From Limisphaerales bacterium (GTDB taxonomy: Bacteria; Verrucomicrobiota; Verrucomicrobiia; Limisphaerales; UBA11358), in the NCBI GenBank assembly GCA_025360325.1, contig JANYCI010000020.1:1-46949 (forward strand): DNA of 46,949 nucleotides. Reading direction: 5' to 3'. The position numbers were made by a program, and so were the translations under genes. Below the pieces are notes generated by a model. The model was given only the letters and a program-made list of their open reading frames with translations. It ran no database searches and was not told the origin of the DNA. Positions 1 through 7,712 of the stretch are shown here, piece after piece. The number at the start of each line of letters is the position of its first letter. Positions within the stretch are counted from its first letter, which is position 1.

Positions 1-1686
1 AACGCCAATAATCTAAACCGTTTTCGTTTTGCGAGTCCGACGCTCGGCTATCTGTCCGGCATCAAGCTGCACGTTTTTCACATCCCGCTCGCCGCGACGA
101 TTTTTCCGGCAAGCACCAACATCGCCCCGGGTGCGAACCTGACGTTCACCGCGACCACTTACGGCACGCCGCCGATGCAATTTCAGTGGCAGATCAACGG
201 CACGAACCTGCCGAACGCAACGAACAATTTCCTTACGCTCACCAACCTCGGCATAAGCAACCTCGGTCCTGGGAATATCGGCAATTACAGTCTCGTGCTT
301 TCCGATTTTAGCGGTTCTATCACGAGCGCCGTTGCGCGTCTCACGGTGATCGGCATTCCCTTCGCGCCCGGAATCATCACGCCACCGCAAAGCCTCGTCG
401 TCGGCCAAGGCTCAAACGCCACTTTCACCGTCACCGCGAATGGCACCGTGCCCTTGAGCTATCAATGGTTTTTCAACAGCACGAACATTTCCGGCGCGAC
501 GAATTTTTCCTTCACCCGGATCAACGTCCAGCCCACGAACACCGGAAATTATTTTGTCGTTGTCACCAATGTCTCCGGTGTCGTCACCAGTTCCATCGCC
601 GTGCTCGCGTTGAGTTTTCTCGATGACTTCGACGGCTATTCCATTCCCAGCATCCTTACGAATCCCGCCACGACTAATGGCTACAAAATCTTTTTCGACG
701 CGTCGTCCGGCGGCTACGACTTCAAGGCCGTCTTCGGCTTCGATTATTCCACCGTGACTTTTCCCACGAACATCCCGTCCGCGCCGCACTCCGTCGGTGG
801 CACCACGAAGGGACTTTACCTCACCGTGAACAAAGCCGACGCGACCGCCGCATTCACTGCGATCAATCTCTATCCCGTCGGACTGAACTATACGAATAGC
901 TTCGCGCTCAAGTTTGACCTGTGGATGAACTGGGGCAATGTCGCCAGCACCGAGCACGCGCTCTTCGGTTTGAACTGCTCCGGCAACTGGACGAACCGCA
1001 TCACGCTGAACACGAGCGACGGCATCTGGTTCGCGATGAATGGCGACGGCGGTTCGAGTTCAAATTCCACCACGGCGCGCGACTATTCCGTTTTTCACGG
1101 CGGCGGCAGCGGCACCGCGCCCGTGCTGACGACGAGCGGCTTCGGCCCCACCGCGCCGCTCGGAGCGAATTTCGACAATGCCGACGCGGGTTTTATGAGT
1201 TTACTCCCGTCGCAAACGTTTGCCGGCATCGGCGCGACGCCCGCCGGCTCGTCCGCGATGCGCTGGCTCAACGTCGAAGTGCGGCAGGAAAATAATCTCA
1301 TCACCTGGCTGCTGAACAACGTCGCCGTGGCGCAATTCACGAACACCTTTGGCTACACCGGCGGAAATATTTTGCTCGGCTACAACGACACGTTCAGCTC
1401 CATCGGCGACACGAATAATTTTGCCATCATTGACAACGTCCGCGTGGAGGGAATCGTTTATGCGCCGGTGAAAATCTTGTCGCCGTCGCTGGCGGGGACG
1501 AATTTCAATTTCAGTTTTGGCACCGACGCCTACGAAAGCTACACCGTGCAGTGGACGGCGAATCTGACGGCGGCGAACTGGGTGAGCTATACCAATTTCA
1601 CCGGCAGTGGCGGGACGAATTCCATCAATGTGCCGCTGCCGCCGAATAATTCCCCCGCGCAATTTTTCCGCGTCAGCCGCCCGTGA
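1..1686 (+). CDS. Secreted Ig-like repeat / ConA(LamG)-like lectin-domain protein, 5'-truncated by the window edge
   Basis: Frame 1 is open from base 1 to the stop at 1684-1686, so the ATG at 175 in the ORF track is internal. There are repeated Ig-like modules (PLSYQWFFNSTNISGATN...GNYFVVVTNVSGVVTSS). A central region resembles a concanavalin-like domain. The C-terminal beta-sandwich-like tail ends in AQFFRVSRP. Confidence 0.75.
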   Translation, partial: NANNLNRFRFASPTLGYLSGIKLHVFHIPLAATIFPASTNIAPGANLTFTATTYGTPPMQFQWQINGTNLPNATNNFLTLTNLGISNLGPGNIGNYSLVLSDFSGSITSAVARLTVIGIPFAPGIITPPQSLVVGQGSNATFTVTANGTVPLSYQWFFNSTNISGATNFSFTRINVQPTNTGNYFVVVTNVSGVVTSSIAVLALSFLDDFDGYSIPSILTNPATTNGYKIFFDASSGGYDFKAVFGFDYSTVTFPTNIPSAPHSVGGTTKGLYLTVNKADATAAFTAINLYPVGLNYTNSFALKFDLWMNWGNVASTEHALFGLNCSGNWTNRITLNTSDGIWFAMNGDGGSSSNSTTARDYSVFHGGGSGTAPVLTTSGFGPTAPLGANFDNADAGFMSLLPSQTFAGIGATPAGSSAMRWLNVEVRQENNLITWLLNNVAVAQFTNTFGYTGGNILLGYNDTFSSIGDTNNFAIIDNVRVEGIVYAPVKILSPSLAGTNFNFSFGTDAYESYTVQWTANLTAANWVSYTNFTGSGGTNSINVPLPPNNSPAQFFRVSRP

Positions 1687-1772
1687 CGCTGTGGGATGGG
1701 CAACCGGTCTGTCAATTGACGATGGAATAAAAATTGTTTTTTCCGCGCATCCGCCTATGCTCGCAAAAAATT

Positions 1773-2318
1773 ATGGAAGCACCCGAAGTCCCCACCGAAC
1801 ATCTGCACGAGGAAATGGAACATCACGCACACTCCGGTCCGCGCTGGATCATGGGCGTGGCTTTGAGCAGCGTGCTGCTCGCCGTTCTCGCCGCCGTGGC
1901 CTCGTTCCAAGCCGGCCACCACGAGAGCGAGGCGATGCTGTCCCAGCTTGCCGCTTCGGATCAGTGGAGTTTTTTCCAGTCCAAGAGCATCAAGGAATCC
2001 CAGCTCAAAAGCAAAATGGACATCCTGGAGGCCCTGGGCAAATCCGTGGCCGAGGAGGATAAAAAAAGGGTGGAGAAATACGCCGAGGAAAAAAAAGAAA
2101 TTCAGGATCGCGCCGAGGAAAAACAAAAGGAATCCGCCTTTGAACTCAAGGCGCACCAGCTTTTCGCCCCGAGCGTGACGATGTTCCAGATCGCCATCGC
2201 GATGGGCGCAATCGCGGCACTGACCAAGAAGAAACCTTTCTGGTTTGTGAGTTTGGGCATCGGAGCGATTGGACTATTTTTTATCGTGCAAGCGTTCCTG
2301 CACACCCACGGCGGGTAA
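1773..2318 (+). CDS. DUF4337-family membrane protein
   Basis: ATG at 1773; the longer ORF-track start at 1734 is a TTG. His/Glu-rich N-terminus, SDQWSFFQSKSIKESQL motif, Lys/Glu-rich coiled segment and two C-terminal TM helices match the DUF4337 architecture. Confidence 0.7.
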   Translation: MEAPEVPTEHLHEEMEHHAHSGPRWIMGVALSSVLLAVLAAVASFQAGHHESEAMLSQLAASDQWSFFQSKSIKESQLKSKMDILEALGKSVAEEDKKRVEKYAEEKKEIQDRAEEKQKESAFELKAHQLFAPSVTMFQIAIAMGAIAALTKKKPFWFVSLGIGAIGLFFIVQAFLHTHGG

Positions 2319-2433
2319 GGACGGTTTTTGGGGGCTGCGCGGAAAAAATCTTTTTGTGAAAGTTTTTGGTGTTAGCGTCGAATCGCTTGGCCAGCAGCGA
2401 CACTTGGTCAGGGACAGTCAATGGGCAGTTGGG

Positions 2434-2922
2434 ATGAATATGAAACGGATCTTCAATTCACAACGGGCGACGGCACTTTGGAAACAACTTCCATCCAGAG
2501 TGCCGACGGGAGGTTTTTTATTGGTGCTTCCGGCGATCTTCCGTTCCCAGCTTCAATTTCTTTTTGCCGTCCTGCTGGCGTTGGCTGGCAGCGGCTGCGG
2601 TTTTCATTATTATGATGCCCGCACTGGCGTGGAGCACGTTTGGGGATTTGGGCATTTGCAAATGCGCGTGTTGCCGCCGACCAATGGCGTGCAGGCGGTC
2701 ATCAAGGGTTATTCCATCGTGGGCGCAAAAATGGGCGGCAGCCCGGATGACTACGGCTTGAGCCTCGGCTATGACAGCCGGCGGATGATTTTTATTTCGC
2801 CGGTGGACGCGCAATTTTGCCTGCAATGGCCGGACGCCAATTTTTTCAACGTGCGGATCGGCACGAACCTACCGCCGGATTTCAAATTTTCATCCACCAA
2901 CCAACCCACGCGAAACCCATGA
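2434..2922 (+). CDS. Putative lipoprotein, unknown function
   Basis: Internal ATG (MNMKRIF...) followed by a hydrophobic segment ending in LALAGSGC, a non-canonical lipobox. The stop overlaps the next start (ATGA at 2919-2922). Confidence 0.5.
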   Translation: MNMKRIFNSQRATALWKQLPSRVPTGGFLLVLPAIFRSQLQFLFAVLLALAGSGCGFHYYDARTGVEHVWGFGHLQMRVLPPTNGVQAVIKGYSIVGAKMGGSPDDYGLSLGYDSRRMIFISPVDAQFCLQWPDANFFNVRIGTNLPPDFKFSSTNQPTRNP

Positions 2923-3953
2923 ACAAAAATAAATCAACCAAACTAATCGCGCCGTTTGCTGCGCTGGCCTTGCTCACTGGCTGCGTGGGCTACAATAGCG
3001 CTTTTATGGCGACGAAAACCAACGTCGGCATGGATTTGGACACCAAGACACCCACGGCGGAAATTTCCTTGTCCCGGCGCGAAGTCGTGGTGGCACCGAC
3101 GTTTGAGAATGGCCAGACGCCGCCGGTGGAAGCCAGCTTCCGCGTGAAGGGCGGTTGGATTTTTGCCAACGTGGCGACGACGTTTACCGGCGGTGACGCG
3201 GCGGCAACGGTTTCAGATTTGTTTAACCGGGACACACCGGTTGGCGCCGCTCGGACCAATGTGGATACCACCATCCATCTTTCCACTGCTCCCGTTCGCA
3301 ATTCTCATGGTGGGGCCATTCATTTTCCGGAGCCGGGAACCGTCCGTCCGTTGATTTTTTGGACGGATACTTCACTTGGGTTAAAAGTGGCTTGGTCAGG
3401 CTTGACGGCGCAATTTCCTGATTCCGCCAAGTTTGGTTTCAACCGCAAGGAAATGGCTTTTGCGCCGGTGTTTGGGGCCACCAACACGATCACGCATCAA
3501 TACGATGTGAAGATGCCATCGTTTCTCGCCACCACTGACACGGAGGCCAAGACCAGCACGCCGCAGAATAGCGGTTTTCGTTATCAGCAATACTTTGCCA
3601 CCGGCAAAGCGGCGGATTTACTGGCGCTGGATCAAGGTGTGCGCGTCGCGCTGGCGGAACGTTTGGATCACACGGCGTCATCGTTCAAAGCGCGCGCCGC
3701 TGAAATCGAAACTGAAAAAAGCCTTGCCCAGGAATGCAAAGACAGCATCGGCAAAATTACCGATTCGGAAAAACTCAAGAATGTGGTCGGCCAGTTTGAA
3801 TTGGAAAAATTGTTGCCAAAGACGAATGCTGCTGCGTTGCGGACGCAAGCGGATGCCGACGGGGCGGGCGTCAAAACCACCCTGCAAGAAGTTTGCGATA
3901 CCGCTACGGCCAAAGAGTTGACCGACTTGAAAAATTTTCTTTTAACCCACTAA
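2919..3953 (+). CDS. Putative lipoprotein, unknown function
   Basis: MNKNKSTKLIAPFAALALLTGC is a canonical signal peptide plus L-T-G-C lipobox. The C-terminal third is helical and Lys/Glu-rich. It is translationally coupled to the upstream ORF. Confidence 0.6.
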   Translation: MNKNKSTKLIAPFAALALLTGCVGYNSAFMATKTNVGMDLDTKTPTAEISLSRREVVVAPTFENGQTPPVEASFRVKGGWIFANVATTFTGGDAAATVSDLFNRDTPVGAARTNVDTTIHLSTAPVRNSHGGAIHFPEPGTVRPLIFWTDTSLGLKVAWSGLTAQFPDSAKFGFNRKEMAFAPVFGATNTITHQYDVKMPSFLATTDTEAKTSTPQNSGFRYQQYFATGKAADLLALDQGVRVALAERLDHTASSFKARAAEIETEKSLAQECKDSIGKITDSEKLKNVVGQFELEKLLPKTNAAALRTQADADGAGVKTTLQEVCDTATAKELTDLKNFLLTH

Positions 3954-3971
3954 CTAACCAAGGATCGAATT

Positions 3972-4223
3972 ATGCCCACCGCCATTATTATTTTTGATAG
4001 TTCAAAACCAGAAAACATTGACGGCCTGCGAAGGCTGGCGGCTTTGAAAAAAATGTGGAGTGTCGTCAACGCAGAACAGGATGCCGCCGATGCCGACAGA
4101 TTAATCATCACTTTTGGGGAGACCGCGCCCGCCACGCCAGCGGTGGCAGCCCGACTAGCGACTGTGGCTCAAACCAAACCGGTCAAGCCTGCAAAATCTA
4201 AACCGGCCAAGAAAAAGGTTTAG
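3972..4223 (+). CDS. Small hypothetical protein with Lys/Pro-rich basic tail
   Basis: 83 aa ORF with an AAGGA Shine-Dalgarno-like motif about 8 nt upstream. The C-terminus is KPVKPAKSKPAKKKV. Confidence 0.45.
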   Translation: MPTAIIIFDSSKPENIDGLRRLAALKKMWSVVNAEQDAADADRLIITFGETAPATPAVAARLATVAQTKPVKPAKSKPAKKKV

Positions 4224-4340
4224 CTGATGCCGGCGATAAAATTTCTTGGCCGCCATCGCTGAAAGTGTGTCGCCCGCTTTGAAATTATTTTTAGTTGCGG
4301 CTAAAGCGTCGGCTGGCATCGCCGATGCTAGGTTACAAGT

Positions 4341-4538
4341 ATGACATACAAACAATCACTGACGATGGACAAGGCGTGGGAACATACCGGCGTGCCGGCG
4401 ATCCCGTTCGCTGGCTTTTTTGCGAAGCTCAAGAGCGCCGTAAAATTCAACATTCCAGTGGGTTATCAGGACGAATCAGGTTTTCATTTGGGCGTGCAGC
4501 CGGATCGCCAGCAAGTCCAGTGGCCAGCAACTTGGTAA
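4341..4538 (+). CDS. Small hypothetical protein
   Basis: 65 aa ORF followed directly by a weak hairpin plus T-run. No recognisable family and no clear RBS. Confidence 0.3.
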   Translation: MTYKQSLTMDKAWEHTGVPAIPFAGFFAKLKSAVKFNIPVGYQDESGFHLGVQPDRQQVQWPATW

Positions 4539-4543
4539 CGATA

Positions 4544-4566
4544 GCCGTTTTTAACGGTGTTTTTTG
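4544..4566 (+). terminator. Weak intrinsic-terminator-like hairpin plus T-run
   Basis: GCCGTT-TTT-AACGGT stem (5-6 bp, 3-nt loop) followed by GTTTTTTG, a few nt after the stop of the 4341-4538 ORF. Confidence 0.25.
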
Positions 4567-4791
4567 TCTCATAGTGAGTCAGGTGACTGGTCGAGAATGG
4601 AACATTATTTCCCTTCAGTTAAGTGCCACAGGGAAAAACTTGCCGGTTCTTTCAATTAATTTAGGGTTCGACAGGGTTGGGTTTGGGATTTTTTATTACT
4701 CAATAGCTTTTCCGATTTCGTTTGTCACACGCTTGTTTCTTCATAATTTCGCAGATTCAATTATTATTCCATCGGGACGAGGCGGCAAAAT

Positions 4792-4823
4792 TTGATAGAC
4801 AGATGGACGCCTTGTGTATAAAT
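4792..4823 (+). promoter_or_regulatory. Candidate sigma70-like promoter for the glycan supercluster
   Basis: TTGATA at 4792-4797 and TATAAA(T) at 4817-4823. The spacing is 19 nt, which is longer than ideal. It lies in the ORF-poor spacer upstream of the NusG paralogue. Confidence 0.2.
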
Positions 4824-4890
4824 TGGGGACAGGCAAGGTTTTGATTAAATCGTAAAATTTGATTTAACACTCCAATCTTGGATGCGAATC

Positions 4891-4918
4891 GGCAGCTTTA
4901 CAAAGAGCTGCCATTTTT
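4891..4918 (+). terminator. Intrinsic-terminator / attenuator-like element in the leader of the NusG-paralogue gene
   Basis: GGCAGCT(T)-TACAAA-(G)AGCTGCC gives a 7 bp perfect stem, plus a possible T-G wobble pair. It is followed by A-TTTTT at 4913-4918, about 60 nt upstream of the ATG at 4978. Confidence 0.45.
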
Positions 4919-4977
4919 AATCTGGAGGCTTGTATTTTTTGGACGATAATGATTTTGATCGGTCGGTCTTTGTTGAA

Positions 4978-5559
4978 ATGCAAAACACAATGCCATTTTG
5001 GTATGTAGTGCGATCGAAGCCGAAGCATGAACACATTGCAGCGGCCAATCTGGAGCGCCAGTTTGGGCTGGAAGTTTTTTTGCCGCGTCTGCGGCTGGAG
5101 AAGCTCACCCGGCGCGGCCTCGTGAAGCAGGTGGATCCACTTTTCCCCTGCTATCTATTTGTCCGCTGCGTCATGGACGAACGGATTTCTGATTTACAAC
5201 ACGTTTCCGGCGTCAGTAAAATCGTGCGTTTTGGCGACAAAATTCCCCAGGTTTCGGAGAGCATCATTAAAGAGCTTCAGTTCCACTTCATGGCGGACGA
5301 TACGCTGGTGGTAGAGCATCATTTGACGCCGGGCGATGCGGTCACGGTCACTGAAGGGGCCTTCGCCGGGTTGGATGCATTCGTGCTAAAAAACTTGCCA
5401 GCACGCAAGCGAGTGCAAATCTTGCTGGAAGTCTTGGGGCGCCCCACGCCGGTAGAAGTCCGGCGCGAGGCATTGTTGACGAAAAAAAACACGTTGGCGG
5501 AGGTGGTGCCGGCTTTGGCCGCACCGCACCGTCAGGAAAGGGCAGGGGTTCGCGTGTGA
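4978..5559 (+). CDS. Specialised NusG-family transcription antiterminator paralogue (RfaH/UpxY/LoaP-like; NGN plus KOW)
   Basis: PFWYVVRSKPKHEHIAAANLERQFGLEVFLP matches an NGN-domain N-terminus (compare RfaH WYLLYCK...). The C-terminal GDAVTVTEGAFAGLDAFV is a KOW-type motif. Start could be 4978 or the ATG at 4990; the ORF-track start at 4930 is a TTG. Confidence 0.85.
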   Translation: MQNTMPFWYVVRSKPKHEHIAAANLERQFGLEVFLPRLRLEKLTRRGLVKQVDPLFPCYLFVRCVMDERISDLQHVSGVSKIVRFGDKIPQVSESIIKELQFHFMADDTLVVEHHLTPGDAVTVTEGAFAGLDAFVLKNLPARKRVQILLEVLGRPTPVEVRREALLTKKNTLAEVVPALAAPHRQERAGVRV

Positions 5560-5586
5560 ATTTTTTCTCTCGTCATGTAAATTATT

Positions 5587-5603
5587 TTCCGCCGGTGGCG
5601 GAA
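5587..5603 (+). other. Perfect 7-bp hairpin with 3-nt loop in the NusG-paralogue/PGT spacer
   Basis: TTCCGCC-GGT-GGCGGAA, read directly from the sequence. There is no T-run after it. Confidence 0.5.
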
Positions 5604-5615
5604 CCGCAATGTTCG

Positions 5616-5630
5616 TTTCCAAAATGGAAA
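5616..5630 (+). other. Perfect 6-bp hairpin with 3-nt loop in the same spacer
   Basis: TTTCCA-AAA-TGGAAA, read directly from the sequence. Confidence 0.45.
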
Positions 5631-5668
5631 AATACGAGCAAGTGCGGAGCCTTTTTTGAAATTGCCGG

Positions 5669-6397
5669 ATGAATAATTCTGAAAATAACGGACTGCCGCG
5701 CTGGAAACGCATCTTGGATGTGGTGCTCATCGTGGCGTCACTGCCGGTGCTGATTCCGCTGTCGTTGGGCGTCGCGCTGCTCATCAAGCTGGTTTCGCGC
5801 GGGCCGATTTTGTTCCAGCAGGAACGCGTCGGGTGGCGCGGAGATTTTTTTATGTGCCTGAAATTTCGCACGATGAAATGCGGCGCAGAAACAGTTTCAC
5901 ACAAGGGTCACTTGCGGGATTTGATGAAGTCGGATACGCCGATGCAGAAGATGGATGCCAAAGGTGACAAACGCATCATCCCGTTCGGAAAAATCCTGCG
6001 CGCTTCCGGCCTAGATGAATTGCCGCAATTGATCAATGTGTTGCGCGGCGAAATGAGTATTGTGGGGCCGCGCCCGTGCCTGCCTTACGAGGCGGAACTT
6101 TACCAGCAGTGGCAGTTGGAACGTTTCAATGGCGCCCCGGGGCTTACCGGCCTCTGGCAGGTCAGCGGCAAAAACAGGACAACATTCACACAAATGATAC
6201 AGTTGGATATTCAATACACGAAGACGAAGTCATTGTGGCTCGACCTGAAAATTATTTTCAAAACTATTCCGGCACTGCTCATCCAAGTTTTGGAAACTAA
6301 GTTTAGAAAAAAAAACGTCGCAAACGCGATTAACCCCGCGGTTCGCACGGACTCAACCGAGAATCGGTTGCCCGCCGGTATCGCAAACAATTATTAA
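5669..6397 (+). CDS. Initiating phosphoglycosyl transferase (small bacterial sugar transferase, WbaP/WcaJ C-terminal-domain type)
   Basis: One N-terminal TM helix, then the motifs GPILFQQERVG, KFRTM, DELPQLINVLRGEMSIVGPRP and GLTGLWQVSG typical of the bacterial sugar transferase family. Confidence 0.9.
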   Translation: MNNSENNGLPRWKRILDVVLIVASLPVLIPLSLGVALLIKLVSRGPILFQQERVGWRGDFFMCLKFRTMKCGAETVSHKGHLRDLMKSDTPMQKMDAKGDKRIIPFGKILRASGLDELPQLINVLRGEMSIVGPRPCLPYEAELYQQWQLERFNGAPGLTGLWQVSGKNRTTFTQMIQLDIQYTKTKSLWLDLKIIFKTIPALLIQVLETKFRKKNVANAINPAVRTDSTENRLPAGIANNY

Positions 6398-6403
6398 TTT
6401 TTT

Positions 6404-7705
6404 ATGAATGGCACCAACGTTGCTCCTGTGGACTTGAAAAAAATCGGACGCAAGTCCAAGTCCAAAGCAAAAAATATGAATAGACTCAAAGTCGGCGTCG
6501 TCGGTTGCGGTTATTGGGGGCCAAACCTCATCCGTAACTTCCGCTCGCTTGCAGATGCCCAACTCACGGTGATGTGCGACATGAGCACCTCACGGCTCAA
6601 ACATCTCAAGTCACTTTATCCTGAAGTGGATTGTGAAACTAATTTTTCACGGATGCTGAAAACTTACGGCTTGGACGCCGTCGTGGTCGCCACGAGCGTC
6701 AAATCGCATTACCCGCTCGCCAAGGCCGCGCTGCTCGCTGGCAAGCACACGTTCATCGAGAAACCGATGGCGGATTCCGTAGAGCACTGCGAGGAACTCG
6801 TCGCGATTGCCAAGCGCAACGGCCTCATCCTGATGATCGGCCACACGTTTTTGTATTCACCCGTTGTCCGCAAAATCAAGGACATCATTGACAAGGGTGA
6901 CATCGGCGAAATCCGCTACATCTCCGCGCGCCGTTTGAATTTGGGATTGTTTCAGAAAGATATCAACGTCGCTTGGGATCTCGCGCCGCATGATTTGTCC
7001 ATCATCCTTTCGATCATGGGCGAGATGCCCATCGCGGTGAACTGCCGTGGCAGCGCGCACATCACGCCCGGTATCGAGGACGTGACGACGATGTGTCTCA
7101 CCTTTAACAAGCAGCGTTCGGCGACAATCCAGAGCAGTTGGCTCGACCCGCGTAAGGTTCGCGAGATGACCATCGTCGGCAGCAAGCGCATGATTGTTTA
7201 TGACGATCTCGCGCCGCTCGAAAAAATCCGTGTGCATGATATGCGCGTCGAGCGTCCGCCGCACTACGACACCTTCGGCGAATTTCAATATTCCTACCAT
7301 TACGGCGATATGTATGCGCCCTACATCAAGCAGGAAGAACCGCTCAAGACCGAGTGCCAACATTTCATTGACTGCATTAACAATGGCACGACGCCGATCA
7401 GTTGCGGCACGCGGGGCACAGAACTCGTCCGCATTTTGGAAGCCTCCTCCGAGTCGCTGCGCCATGGCGGCGGCGCGGTGGAATTCATTGCCATGCACAA
7501 CGGCCACAGCAGCGACAACGGCCACGGCGCTAAATTAATTCCCGCCCCACGCGTGCTCAATGGTAACGGCCACAGCAACGGCCACAGCAACGACCACAGC
7601 AACGGCAACGGCAACGGCAACGGCTTGCTCAACGCCAGGAAAAAACGGGCGGCGCGCAATGGCACCAACGCACCCGAAGTCAACCTCGTCTTGAACGGAA
7701 AATAA
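6404..7705 (+). CDS. Gfo/Idh/MocA-family sugar-nucleotide oxidoreductase (WbpB-like) with a His/Asn/Gly-rich C-terminal tail
   Basis: KVGVVGCGYWGPNLIRNF Rossmann motif and an EKP motif. It is a clear paralogue of the 15324-16325 product. An alternative ATG at 6476 places the Rossmann motif at the N-terminus, as in the paralogue. The last ~70 aa are low complexity. Confidence 0.85.
   Translation: MNGTNVAPVDLKKIGRKSKSKAKNMNRLKVGVVGCGYWGPNLIRNFRSLADAQLTVMCDMSTSRLKHLKSLYPEVDCETNFSRMLKTYGLDAVVVATSVKSHYPLAKAALLAGKHTFIEKPMADSVEHCEELVAIAKRNGLILMIGHTFLYSPVVRKIKDIIDKGDIGEIRYISARRLNLGLFQKDINVAWDLAPHDLSIILSIMGEMPIAVNCRGSAHITPGIEDVTTMCLTFNKQRSATIQSSWLDPRKVREMTIVGSKRMIVYDDLAPLEKIRVHDMRVERPPHYDTFGEFQYSYHYGDMYAPYIKQEEPLKTECQHFIDCINNGTTPISCGTRGTELVRILEASSESLRHGGGAVEFIAMHNGHSSDNGHGAKLIPAPRVLNGNGHSNGHSNDHSNGNGNGNGLLNARKKRAARNGTNAPEVNLVLNGK
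7565..7624 (+). repeat. In-frame tandem repeat: 3 x 12 nt (AACGGCCACAGC, third copy AACGACCACAGC) followed by 4 x 6 nt (AACGGC)
   Basis: Read directly from the sequence. It encodes NGHS NGHS NDHS NG NG NG NG within the tail of the 6404-7705 product. Confidence 0.9.
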
Positions 7706-7712
7706 TCCGCCC

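Noticed and set aside
1600-1686. C-terminal tail of the Ig-like protein as a PEP-CTERM or other sorting signal that would tie the locus to an exosortase.
   Set aside because: The tail (NNSPAQFFRVSRP) has no PEP motif, no TM helix and no Arg-rich terminus of the PEP-CTERM type. It looks like the end of a beta-sandwich domain.
4779-4794. Possible RfaH ops / JUMPStart element (GGCGGCAAAATTTG here; also GGTGGCGGAA at 5594-5603).
   Set aside because: Only the GGCGG core matches GGCGGTAGnnTG. The first site lies upstream of or within the putative promoter rather than in the transcript. NusG paralogues outside Enterobacteria use different, mostly unknown signals.
4295-4795. 166-aa plus-strand ORF spanning the leader region.
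   Set aside because: It overlaps the 4341-4538 ORF in another frame, runs through the hairpin/T-run at 4544-4566, and has no family signature. It is more likely non-coding leader or promoter DNA.
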